From assembly GCA_000989185.1 (NCBI GenBank), contig LBNX01000005.1, positions 11,926 to 75,925 on the forward strand: DNA of 64,000 nucleotides, given 5' to 3'. The notes beneath the pieces were generated by a model, which was not told where the DNA came from, made no database searches, and worked only from the letters and a program-made list of their open reading frames with translations. This stretch comes from a candidate division TM6 bacterium GW2011_GWF2_28_16. GTDB taxonomy: Bacteria; Babelota; Babeliae; Babelales; UASB340. This document shows positions 28,274-37,518 of this stretch, in pieces (positions within the stretch are counted from its first letter, which is position 1; every line of letters starts with the position of its first letter). Both the position numbers and the translations under genes were made by a program.

Positions 28274-28380
28274 GATAAATGCCCTTTTTTTACAAAACCC
28301 TACTCTTATATATAATTTACAATTATTTTAATATAATAATTATTTATTAAAATTAATTTAATAACTTTTAGGAATATTAA

Positions 28381-28908
28381 ATGAACAAAAAAATAATTCT
28401 TTGGTCACTGTCTTTATTTTTAGTAGCACTATCAGGTTTTATTTATTTTAATATATCAAGCAATTATAATGCAGGCCAAAAAACGTGTCCTTTTTGTAAT
28501 CCAGATGTTATAAATTTACAAAAGTTTTACGAAGACGATTATATTTACGGCATGTGCTCTTATAGAGCTGTAAAACCTTGGCACTGTTTAATTATTACCA
28601 AAAGACATATTAAAAATTTTATGGAAATTTCAGATCAAGAACTTTTGGCTGCTGGTAAATTATTAAAAAAAGTAAACTTAGCTGTTCAAAAAATTTTAGG
28701 CCCTACTTCTTATATAATTTTAGAAAAAAGTGGGCAAGGGTTACAAAGTGTGCCTCATTTGCACTTTCACTATATTGCAACAAAAGAAACTAGTAGCATT
28801 TTTTCTGGATTAAGTTATCTTTGGAACTTTTTCACTTACACGTTTAAAACGCCCATGAACAAACAAGAGATTATAGATTGTGCAAATAAAATGAAAGCTG
28901 TTATATAA
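28381..28908 (+). CDS. HIT (histidine triad) family hydrolase with N-terminal membrane anchor
   Basis: Histidine triad HLHFHYI near the C-terminus. N-terminal TM segment ILWSLSLFLVALSGFIYF. Confidence 0.8.
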   Translation: MNKKIILWSLSLFLVALSGFIYFNISSNYNAGQKTCPFCNPDVINLQKFYEDDYIYGMCSYRAVKPWHCLIITKRHIKNFMEISDQELLAAGKLLKKVNLAVQKILGPTSYIILEKSGQGLQSVPHLHFHYIATKETSSIFSGLSYLWNFFTYTFKTPMNKQEIIDCANKMKAVI

Positions 28909-28909
28909 T

Positions 28910-29797
28910 ATGCTTAATAATAATAATAAATTATTTATAAAAAAATTTATATTAAGTTTATTTTTATTTTTAGGCGTAATTTTATTTTTTAAAAATAGTT
29001 GCAATACAAACTTTCCAAAAATAAATTCTTATTCTCAGGTAAAAGAATTATTCGACCATTGCGATAAAAATAGCCTTATTATTTTTGATATAGACGATAC
29101 ATTAATAACATCTCAAGATGCATTTGCAAATGATGTCTTGTTCCCTTGGTATTTTAAAATAATAGCCGGAATAAAATATCCAAAAATTATTTTTGATAAA
29201 GAAAAAATAGAATATATAGCAAGCATAGTAGTACAAAATTCAGTACGTTACGTCTTTGACCCTGATATTGTAAATATTATAAAAAACTTACAAAACAAAA
29301 ATATACCCGTAATTGCTCTTTCGTACATGAAAGCCGGCACCGTAGGTATTATTAAAAATTTACCAGAATGGCGTGCAAACATGTTAAATAATTTGGATAT
29401 AAATTTTACAAGTAAATATCCAGATATTATTTTTAAAAAATTACCCCAAAAATATAATAATTACCCTTGTCTTTATAAAGGAATATTGTGCACAAATGAA
29501 GAATCAAAGGGTCTAACTTTAGGAGCCTTTTTAGATTGTTATAATTTAAATCCAGATAAAATTATTTTTTTTGATGACATGAAAGATAATTTAGTTTCAG
29601 TAAAAAAAGAATGTCAAAAACGTAAAATAAATTTTATGGGCTTTCAGGTTACTGGTGTGCAGCTTAAACGACCTGTCTGGAATACTAAACGAGCTTTATT
29701 ACAACTTGATTTTTTAATCGAACACGAACAATGGATACCAGACGAAGTTGCAAATAAAATTATTAATAAAGAAATTAAAATGAAAGTACAAACATGA
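28910..29797 (+). CDS. HAD-superfamily-like hydrolase with N-terminal anchor
   Basis: Motif I FDIDDTLIT (DxDxT) and a late FFDDMKDN acidic motif. N-terminal hydrophobic segment FILSLFLFLGVILFF. From memory it resembles the DUF2608 group of Legionella/Coxiella; this is unverified. Confidence 0.55.
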   Translation: MLNNNNKLFIKKFILSLFLFLGVILFFKNSCNTNFPKINSYSQVKELFDHCDKNSLIIFDIDDTLITSQDAFANDVLFPWYFKIIAGIKYPKIIFDKEKIEYIASIVVQNSVRYVFDPDIVNIIKNLQNKNIPVIALSYMKAGTVGIIKNLPEWRANMLNNLDINFTSKYPDIIFKKLPQKYNNYPCLYKGILCTNEESKGLTLGAFLDCYNLNPDKIIFFDDMKDNLVSVKKECQKRKINFMGFQVTGVQLKRPVWNTKRALLQLDFLIEHEQWIPDEVANKIINKEIKMKVQT

Positions 29798-30381
29798 ACA
29801 AATACGAAATAGATAAAAACTGGTTTATAAATAATATTAATAACAAAAATTTAATAGAAAAATTACAAAAAATTAAAGTAATAATAACAGATATAGATGG
29901 CTGTTTAACAAATGCAAATTTATTGGTAACAGAAAATAATATAGGCAAATCTTTTTCTGTTCAAGATGGCTTTGGAACTTCAACAGCCATAAAAAATAAA
30001 TTAATAGATATTGCATTTTTAACAGGCCGAACAGATGAAGCGACCAAAATTAGGGCCAAAATGCTTGGCATTCCAGACGAACTTTGTTTTACTGGCATAG
30101 ACCAAAAAAAGATAGCAAAAATAAAAGCTATTCAAAAATTAAAAAATATAACAAAAGAAGAAACTTTATACTTTGGTGATGATCTTTTAGATTTTGAAGC
30201 TTTAGATGCAATTGGAGTTATGGCCAGCCCCGAAAATACAGTTTTTTATTTTCAAGATTACGCAAATATTATAGTCCCTAGAACTGGGGGTGATAGCGCT
30301 TTTAGATTATTACTTGATTTAGTTTTGTATGCACAGAATAAACATTTTGCTCAAGAATTTATAGATAAAACTATTAAATAA
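29794..30381 (+). CDS. kdsC: 3-deoxy-D-manno-octulosonate 8-phosphate phosphatase (HAD IIIA)
   Basis: ITDIDGCLTNANL (motif I), FLTGRTDEATKIRAKMLGI, YFGDDLLDFEALDAIGVMASPEN and GGDSAFRLLLDLVLYAQ are collinear with KdsC. ATGA overlap with the upstream gene. Confidence 0.85.
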   Translation: MNKYEIDKNWFINNINNKNLIEKLQKIKVIITDIDGCLTNANLLVTENNIGKSFSVQDGFGTSTAIKNKLIDIAFLTGRTDEATKIRAKMLGIPDELCFTGIDQKKIAKIKAIQKLKNITKEETLYFGDDLLDFEALDAIGVMASPENTVFYFQDYANIIVPRTGGDSAFRLLLDLVLYAQNKHFAQEFIDKTIK

Positions 30382-30493
30382 AAATTATAAATAATTAAGA
30401 ATAAATCTTTACAATATAAAAATTTAATCTATAATACACGCTATGTTAAATTTTTAAATTATAATAAATCTAACCATAAAATGAGGATTCACA

Positions 30494-30973
30494 ATGCTAA
30501 AAAAAATATTTTTTGTAACATTATATTTTTCTTTTACACAACTTTCAGCAATGGAAAAAGCTTATAAAAACAACGAAGAATCTGGACCAAACAATCTTTC
30601 TAAAAAAATTACTACAATAATAACAACCGAGGGCGGCTTAAAACTCAATCGCTCGGAAAATGTGATAGATTTGGCAAAAAAGATTAAAACAGATCAAACT
30701 ATTATTTCCTTAGATATTAGTTTTCAGAACCTTACAGAAGAAGATATAATATGTTTAGCAGAAGCACTTGAATTTAATACAACAATTACTTACGTAAACT
30801 TTGCTGGTAATGGCTTTGGAGACAATGGAACAATAGCTATAGCAAAAATGCTTACAGTAAATAAGACTATTACTGACTTAAATCTTCTTTACAATAGGAT
30901 TAGCAATACTGGAGGGTTAGCTATACTTGAGGCATTACAAAAGAACACAACACTTCTTAACATAGAAATTTAA
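30494..30973 (+). CDS. RI-type leucine-rich repeat protein with signal peptide (159 aa)
   Basis: Signal peptide MLKKIFFVTLYFSFTQLSA. 28-residue repeats of the ribonuclease-inhibitor type (VNFAGNGFGDNGTIAIAKMLTVNKTITDLNLLYNRISNTGGLAILEALQKNTTL). Confidence 0.8.
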   Translation: MLKKIFFVTLYFSFTQLSAMEKAYKNNEESGPNNLSKKITTIITTEGGLKLNRSENVIDLAKKIKTDQTIISLDISFQNLTEEDIICLAEALEFNTTITYVNFAGNGFGDNGTIAIAKMLTVNKTITDLNLLYNRISNTGGLAILEALQKNTTLLNIEI

Positions 30974-30986
30974 TAATCAAAATTCT

Positions 30987-31032
30987 AGGCTACCATATAG
31001 AAGGCTATCACATACCTTCTATATGGCAGCCT
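30987..31032. terminator. long hairpin between convergent genes (probable bidirectional terminator)
   Basis: aggctaccatatagaagg (30987-31004) pairs with ccttctatatggcagcct (31015-31032): 18 bp with one mismatch and a 10-nt loop. Confidence 0.6.
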
Positions 31033-31054
31033 ACTTATTTTATTTATAATTATA

Positions 31055-32215
31055 TCAAAATTTTAGATCACTCCAGGCAACAATATTAGAAATAGATCTG
31101 GTTTGCGATTCATTGCCAGCATAAACCAAATAACTATTTTTAGGGTCGATTTTTGTAAGCTCACACCAAGATTGTAAATTATCAAAAAAAGAACTATTAA
31201 TAGTTTTGCCGGCTTTTATCTCTATTGGAATCAATTTTTGGCCTTTTTCTATTAGACAATCAATTTCATTGCCAGCACTATCTCGCCAAAAATAAATATT
31301 AGGCACTTTATCTCTGTTATAAAAAGATTTTATAATTTCAGAAATAACAAAAGATTCAAAAATATTACCCCTACTACTGTGGCCCATAAGATGTTCTTCG
31401 TCTTCAACGCCCAATAAATGACATAAAAGTCCAGAATCATAAAAATATAATTTGGGCGATTTTATAAGCCTTTTACTAAAATTTTTATAATATGGCTGTA
31501 ATAAAAACAAAATATAACACTGTTCTAATATAGAAAGCCAAGATTTGGCAGTTTTTACATCTATCCCACAATCATTACTTAAAGAACTTAAATTTAAAAC
31601 TTGCCCTACCCGCCCTGCGCATAATTTTAAAAAATGCTGAAAAGTCGTTACATCACCAATATTTTTTAAAGATCTAACATCTCTTTCTATATACGTTTTG
31701 ACATAACTTGGATACCATTTTTCTGCTGTTACTTTTTTATCTGCAATTTTAGGATAAGAACCAGATATTAAAATAGACTCTACATTTTTAGGCAAAATTT
31801 TATTTCTCTTAAACTCTTTAATAGATAATGGCAAAAGAGTCATTATTGCTACTCTACCAGCCAAAGATTGAGATATAGATTCATTTAATAAAAAATTTTG
31901 GGATCCTGTAATAATTATTTCACCCTGCTTTTTGCTTTTATCAACATAAGTTTTTATATAAGACAAAAGATCTGGCGCAAACTGTATTTCATCTAAAATA
32001 ATGCCATATTTATTTATTTTTTTTTCCAAAAATAATCTAGGATCTTCGTGTGCAAATTTTCGCTGGTCTAAGTCTTCTAACGAAACATAATTATATTTTT
32101 TAAAGCAATATTGCGCCAATGTCGTTTTACCAGATTGCCTAGGTCCCAAAATGGCAATAACTGGAAACATTTTTGCAGACAATTTTATCTCTTTTTCTAA
32201 ATCTCTTTTTAACAT
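31055..32215 (-). CDS. AAA+ ATPase of the COG1373 type (AAA_14 + DUF4143 architecture)
   Basis: Walker A GPRQSGKTTLA, Walker B-like GIILDEIQ. The C-terminal region (YFWRDSAGNEIDCLIE...IPIEIKAG) is typical of the DUF4143 restriction-endonuclease-like end of this family. Confidence 0.8.
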   Translation of the reverse strand: MLKRDLEKEIKLSAKMFPVIAILGPRQSGKTTLAQYCFKKYNYVSLEDLDQRKFAHEDPRLFLEKKINKYGIILDEIQFAPDLLSYIKTYVDKSKKQGEIIITGSQNFLLNESISQSLAGRVAIMTLLPLSIKEFKRNKILPKNVESILISGSYPKIADKKVTAEKWYPSYVKTYIERDVRSLKNIGDVTTFQHFLKLCAGRVGQVLNLSSLSNDCGIDVKTAKSWLSILEQCYILFLLQPYYKNFSKRLIKSPKLYFYDSGLLCHLLGVEDEEHLMGHSSRGNIFESFVISEIIKSFYNRDKVPNIYFWRDSAGNEIDCLIEKGQKLIPIEIKAGKTINSSFFDNLQSWCELTKIDPKNSYLVYAGNESQTRSISNIVAWSDLKF

Positions 32216-32244
32216 ATAAACCTCTTTTTTATTATAATTATTTC

Positions 32245-32278
32245 ATGTAAATCAGGGAATCAATTCCCTGATTTACAT
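32245..32278. promoter_or_regulatory. perfect 16-bp inverted repeat upstream of the AAA+ ATPase gene (operator-like, or terminator of the upstream peptidase gene)
   Basis: atgtaaatcagggaat (32245-32260) - ca - attccctgatttacat (32263-32278). It lies 30 nt upstream of the ATG at 32215 and 40 nt downstream of the stop at 32319. There is no U-tract on the transcribed (minus) strand. Confidence 0.4.
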
Positions 32279-32318
32279 TTTTACACTACCAAAGAGACTT
32301 AGAAAACACAAGCTTTTT

Positions 32319-35102
32319 TTATTTCCCCACTCTTCCCACACAAACCTTTGCAAAATTCTGTGAGTTAAAATATTTAGCTGCAATTAAATTTAAATCTTGA
32401 ACCTGCATATTTTGAACTTGTCTTAAAACTTTATCATAGTAATCAAAACCTAAATCAAAAGATTTTAATATATTATAAACTGTAGCAAGTACCTCATTTG
32501 TAGCTGCCAAATCTATAAGTTCTTTTAAATAATTTTGTCTAGATGCTGCAAGCTCTTCTGGCTTAATGCCATTTTTGCCAACTTCTTCTATAACATTTAA
32601 AAATAATTTTTCTGTCTTTTTTACATTTTCTAAATTTAATATAGAACCCATGTAATCAAATCCATTTACACGGCTTGCTTTTGCTGCAAACATTCCAAAT
32701 GCCGTATAAAATAATCCGGTTTGTTCTCTAAGCTGATAAAGCCTAGAACCCAAAGAATTAAATGCTATAAAATCTAAAACTTTTAATGGAATATAATCAG
32801 CATGATATAAATTTACATTACTTGATCGTCCAAGCAAAAATAAAACTTGATCGCGCAACATAAAATAATCAACATTTTGCACAGAAAAATTACCACTTTG
32901 TGGTTCATCTACAAAATACTCTTTTCCCTGCCAATTTTTAAAAATATTTTTAATTTCTTGTTCTATTAAGCCTAAATCAAATGAACCAACTATAGATAAA
33001 ATCATATTTTTTGGTGTTACATATTTTTTGTGTAATTCTTGTAATTTTTTAATATCTATATTTTTTATTATTTCTAAAGCATCATCAAATGTCCAACTGT
33101 ATGGATGATCTTTATATATTATATTTTTAAGAATTCTTACGCCCAAATCTTTTTGTGAATCATTTTTACGAGAATAAATATCTTTAAAAATTTCTTTTAA
33201 TTTTTCTAAAGAAGCTACAGGAAAGTCTGGCTTTGTTAAAACTAAAGCAAATCTATTTAAAAGCTCTGGTAAATCTTTAGATAAACCAGAAATAGAGCCC
33301 CCTACTAAATTAAAACCATAAAGCGCTCCAAGATTTTCAAAAAAATTTACATTATCATGTTTTGAACAACCAACACTACCCTCCATTAAATAGTTCATCA
33401 TAAAGTCTAATAATACACCCTCTTTGCTTTCTGACAAAAATGATGCCTGCTTAAACTGACAACTTAAACTAAATATAGGCCAAGGTTTATTTTCATGAAT
33501 TAAAACTGTAAGACCATTTTCTAAAATTATTTCACGATCTGGTTTTGGAAACTCAAACTCAAGTTTTTTAGGATTAGCTAATTTATTTACATATTTAGGT
33601 GCTTCCAGTTCTGTTGTTCTTTTGTGACTATCCAAAATTAATTTATCAAGTTCTTCTGATTTATTTTTTAATTTAACCCAAGATTCTTTTTTATCTTCAG
33701 GTAATGGCAAAAGAGTAACTTGATTAATAAAAAATGGATCTAAATAATCTTTTATAAAATCAACAACTTTATCTGGAGTAATTTTTGCATATCTATTTAC
33801 ACTTGCAAAAATATCATGCTCATCTTTGGTTGCTATATAAGAACTTATCCATTCGTATGTAAAACTTGCAATGTCCTGCATATTCTGAAAATGCTCTCTC
33901 TCTCTTGTTTTTACAACTTTTGTTAATTCTGTTTTTTTTATGCCATTTTTTATAATATTTTCAATTTCTTCTATAACAAATTTTTTGCAAGTTTGCGCAT
34001 TGCCATTTAATGGTTCTACCAATATCAAAAACAAACCTGCACCCATCATCTGATAAGAAAATGCAGCTATATTTGATGCAACTTTTTCTTGTTCAACCAA
34101 CCGCTTATAAAGCCTACTACCTTCACCTGTACCTATTACAGATTCTACAACAGATGCCAATTCTTTAGTCTTTGATCTAAGTCCAGGAATAAGCCAATAA
34201 AAACCCATCTGTTCTGTTTTTACATCTTCGTACATAGTTGTATTACTTACTGTTGTACTTGGTATAAGCTCAAACATAGCTTCTTGATCTTTTGCAAAAT
34301 CATGTTTATTTTCGACATTTAAATTTTTAAATGCACTCGAAGCAACAGAAATAAATTTATCTTCATCTATATCACCAACCACAAAAAGAGTTGCTCTTTC
34401 TGGTCGATAATATTTTTTATAAAATTCTTTTAGTTTATTAGCTGAAATATTTACAAGATCCTGTTTATACCCAATAACAGGCGTGTGATATGGATGATTT
34501 GCTGGAAAAATATTTTTAAATGCTTCTTCTACCATTATAGAAACATACCTATCATTTCGCATATGTAATTCTTGCATTACAGCTTTAAATTCTGAAGCTA
34601 AATGCTCAGGATCAAATTTTGCGTTTTGCATACAATCTGCAAGAATATCTACAAAAGGCTCCCAATTATTTTTATCTACCTCAAAATAATAACTAGTCAT
34701 ATCATTTGATGTAAACGCATTAAAATCTGCACCATATTTTCGGGCTATAGAATCTATATCGCCTTCGGCAAGCTTATCTGTACCCTTAAATATCATATGT
34801 TCAATTAAATGTGCAAGCCCACGTTCGCCAGATTTTTCTACCCAAGAACCTATATCATAAGCAATTTGCATTAATACTTTTGGGGTTTGGGTGTTTTTAA
34901 ACATTAAAATCGTAAACCCATTATCCAAAACTACTTTTTTAATACCATTAATTTTCATATTTGTTTCTACTTTCGTTTTAATTTTTAAATCACGCTCTTT
35001 TACTGTACATGCTTTTAGTAAACTTAGTAAAAATATCGATAAAATTAACAAAATTAACAATATAAATAATATTTTATTTTTAAAAAATATAAAAACGTTC
35101 AT
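32319..35102 (-). CDS. M16 (pitrilysin/insulinase) family zinc peptidase, double-unit, membrane-anchored/secreted
   Basis: HLIEHMIFKGT inverted zincin motif (HxxEH). About 925 aa, equal to two M16 active/inactive unit pairs. N-terminal hydrophobic segment. ATG at 35102 (gggag RBS) is preferred over the TTG at 35114. Confidence 0.9.
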   Translation of the reverse strand: MNVFIFFKNKILFILLILLILSIFLLSLLKACTVKERDLKIKTKVETNMKINGIKKVVLDNGFTILMFKNTQTPKVLMQIAYDIGSWVEKSGERGLAHLIEHMIFKGTDKLAEGDIDSIARKYGADFNAFTSNDMTSYYFEVDKNNWEPFVDILADCMQNAKFDPEHLASEFKAVMQELHMRNDRYVSIMVEEAFKNIFPANHPYHTPVIGYKQDLVNISANKLKEFYKKYYRPERATLFVVGDIDEDKFISVASSAFKNLNVENKHDFAKDQEAMFELIPSTTVSNTTMYEDVKTEQMGFYWLIPGLRSKTKELASVVESVIGTGEGSRLYKRLVEQEKVASNIAAFSYQMMGAGLFLILVEPLNGNAQTCKKFVIEEIENIIKNGIKKTELTKVVKTREREHFQNMQDIASFTYEWISSYIATKDEHDIFASVNRYAKITPDKVVDFIKDYLDPFFINQVTLLPLPEDKKESWVKLKNKSEELDKLILDSHKRTTELEAPKYVNKLANPKKLEFEFPKPDREIILENGLTVLIHENKPWPIFSLSCQFKQASFLSESKEGVLLDFMMNYLMEGSVGCSKHDNVNFFENLGALYGFNLVGGSISGLSKDLPELLNRFALVLTKPDFPVASLEKLKEIFKDIYSRKNDSQKDLGVRILKNIIYKDHPYSWTFDDALEIIKNIDIKKLQELHKKYVTPKNMILSIVGSFDLGLIEQEIKNIFKNWQGKEYFVDEPQSGNFSVQNVDYFMLRDQVLFLLGRSSNVNLYHADYIPLKVLDFIAFNSLGSRLYQLREQTGLFYTAFGMFAAKASRVNGFDYMGSILNLENVKKTEKLFLNVIEEVGKNGIKPEELAASRQNYLKELIDLAATNEVLATVYNILKSFDLGFDYYDKVLRQVQNMQVQDLNLIAAKYFNSQNFAKVCVGRVGK

Positions 35103-35136
35103 GAAATCTCCCAAAAATTAATGTATACTACTCTAT

Positions 35137-36234
35137 ATGAATATACTAATTATAAGAGTTTCGGCAATTGGAGATGTTGTACATACACTGCCGGCAATAT
35201 TTTTAATAAAACATTTAATACCGGAATCAAAAATAGATTGGGTTGTCCAAAAAAAAGCTTCCCAACTTTTAACTAATCAAAAATTTTTAAATCAAGTTTT
35301 TGTATTACCAGACAATTATTTATCTATAAAAAACTTAACTAAAACTATACAAATAATTAAAAATATAAAACAAAATAATTACGATTTAATTCTAGACTTT
35401 CAGGGGCTTTTTAAAACAGCTGTTTTATTATATTTTTTAAATGGTAAAAAATATGGTTTTGATAAAAATAATACACGCGACAAATTTTCTTGTTATTTTA
35501 CAGACAAAAAAATAACGCCTAATTACAAAAATATAATAGAAAAAAACTTGTCTCTAGTTACAAATAGCTTATTTAATCTAAAAAAAATTACTTTTTGCCC
35601 TGTAATTAATCATTTAAAAAATAATTTTAATTTAAGTATACAAGAACAAGATCAAAATATAATTAATAGCTGGCTAAATAAAGATAATATAAAAAATTTT
35701 GTATTATTATCCCCCAATACAACATGGGAATCTAAACATTGGCCAGAAGATAGTTGGATAAAATTAATAAAAATATTAAATTTAAATAATAATTTTATTA
35801 ATAATTATAAAATAATTTTACTGGGCAAAAATTTTGGCGAAAGTGCAAAAAATATAGCTAATTATTTTAATAATAATAGTAATAATAATATTGTAATTGC
35901 CCCAGATTTTAATTTATTACAGTTAGCTTACTTAATTAAAAAAAGTAAATTACTTATTGCTCCAGATACAGGGCTTTTACACTTAGCAGATTTTTTACAA
36001 AAAAATAGTATAGGTATTTTTGGTCCAACAAAAGCTTTTAAACACGGACCATATTTACACGAATTTAATATAAAAAACGTAGAACAAATAGAATGCCCAC
36101 ACGATTATCAAAAGTCGCACAATAATACTAAAATAAAAATTAATATAAAAAATAGTAGTAATATACTAAACTGTATGTATAAACTATCTCCAGAATATTT
36201 AGCAAAAAAAATTTTTAAAATTATAGGGGAATAA
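35137..36234 (+). CDS. glycosyltransferase family 9 (LPS heptosyltransferase family)
   Basis: N-terminus ILIIRVSAIGDVVHTLPAIFLIK and C-terminal LLIAPDTGLLHLADFL are the two hallmark GT9 motifs. Confidence 0.8.
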   Translation: MNILIIRVSAIGDVVHTLPAIFLIKHLIPESKIDWVVQKKASQLLTNQKFLNQVFVLPDNYLSIKNLTKTIQIIKNIKQNNYDLILDFQGLFKTAVLLYFLNGKKYGFDKNNTRDKFSCYFTDKKITPNYKNIIEKNLSLVTNSLFNLKKITFCPVINHLKNNFNLSIQEQDQNIINSWLNKDNIKNFVLLSPNTTWESKHWPEDSWIKLIKILNLNNNFINNYKIILLGKNFGESAKNIANYFNNNSNNNIVIAPDFNLLQLAYLIKKSKLLIAPDTGLLHLADFLQKNSIGIFGPTKAFKHGPYLHEFNIKNVEQIECPHDYQKSHNNTKIKINIKNSSNILNCMYKLSPEYLAKKIFKIIGE

Positions 36235-36251
36235 TTTTACAGGGAAAAATC

Positions 36252-37496
36252 ATGAAAAATAAATTTTTAGTAATATTTATATTTTTTTTAATAAATTTAA
36301 TAAATATAAATAATAAATTAAATTCACAGACTCTTGATATACAAGAGGCCGTAAATTTAGCGTACAAAAACAATCCAAGTTTAAAAGCTTTAAAATTTGC
36401 AATTTCTGCTAGCCAGGCAGGAGAAAAAGTTGCTATTTCTGGTTATTTACCACAAATAACTTTAAATAGTAATGAACAATTTGCATCAAGCACCAAAGGG
36501 CCACAAAATAGTACTACAATTAATGCTAGCCAGCTTATTTATAGCTTTTCTGGGCCAGAACGCTTGAAAAGAATTGCCAAAACAGAAACAGAGATGGCAA
36601 AATTAAATGAAAAAAACAGTCAAGATTTAATAAGAAAAGATGTAGAAATATCTTTTTTACAAACCTGGCTATTACAAGAAAAACAAAAAACAATTAAAAG
36701 TTTAGAAGTTGCGGCACAACAAACTATTAAAAAATCAGAAAATCAAGATAGAGTAAATTTATTGGGCCAAAATGACGTTTTAATAGCAAGTGCAAATTAT
36801 GCAAGCCAAATGTATAACGTTTATGCATATATAGACGAACTTTCTATTTCGCAAGATCAACTTGAATATTTGCTTGGTAATTCTTATAAAACAGATAATA
36901 ACAGCCCAGAGCTTGTTTGGGATTTTAATAAAAATACAACAGTAAACCCACTTGATAATTACTATAATTTGGCTTTAAAAAACAGAAAAGAATTAAAATT
37001 AAAAGATCAAGAAATTGCTGAATACGAAGAATATCAAAAATATTATAAGTATAATTATTTACCAGAATTTAGTTTAACGGGTCAAGCAAGTCGTGCTAGC
37101 CAAACTATCGCAAATAATATTGGCATAAACTTGAGCTGGAATTTATTTGATGGTGCATCAAATTATTATCAATCACAGCAATATAACGCAAATAAGTTAA
37201 AAGCATTACAAGAAAAAGAAAGCTTATTCCAACAAGTAAAATATGATGTTCAAAAAGCTTATCATGAACTTATGGCTTACATAAAACAATTAACAGCCAA
37301 AGACGCTGCCTACAAACAAGCAGATAATGAATATAATTTAGCAAAATTAAATTATAAAATTGGGCTTATATCAAAAGTAGATTTAGATAATTCAATGTAT
37401 AATTTCGAAAACGCACACTTTGCATGGCTGACTGCTAAAATTAATGTAGCTATAAAAGAAAGTGAATTAAATTTTGCCTGCGGATATCCAAAATAA
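36252..37496 (+). CDS. TolC-like outer membrane efflux protein
   Basis: Signal peptide. Tandem OEP repeats with typical starts (LDIQEAVNLAYKNNPSLKAL; NYYNLALKNRKELKLKD). 414 aa. Confidence 0.85.
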   Translation: MKNKFLVIFIFFLINLININNKLNSQTLDIQEAVNLAYKNNPSLKALKFAISASQAGEKVAISGYLPQITLNSNEQFASSTKGPQNSTTINASQLIYSFSGPERLKRIAKTETEMAKLNEKNSQDLIRKDVEISFLQTWLLQEKQKTIKSLEVAAQQTIKKSENQDRVNLLGQNDVLIASANYASQMYNVYAYIDELSISQDQLEYLLGNSYKTDNNSPELVWDFNKNTTVNPLDNYYNLALKNRKELKLKDQEIAEYEEYQKYYKYNYLPEFSLTGQASRASQTIANNIGINLSWNLFDGASNYYQSQQYNANKLKALQEKESLFQQVKYDVQKAYHELMAYIKQLTAKDAAYKQADNEYNLAKLNYKIGLISKVDLDNSMYNFENAHFAWLTAKINVAIKESELNFACGYPK

Positions 37497-37518
37497 ATTA
37501 ATTAAAATTAGGAGAGTA

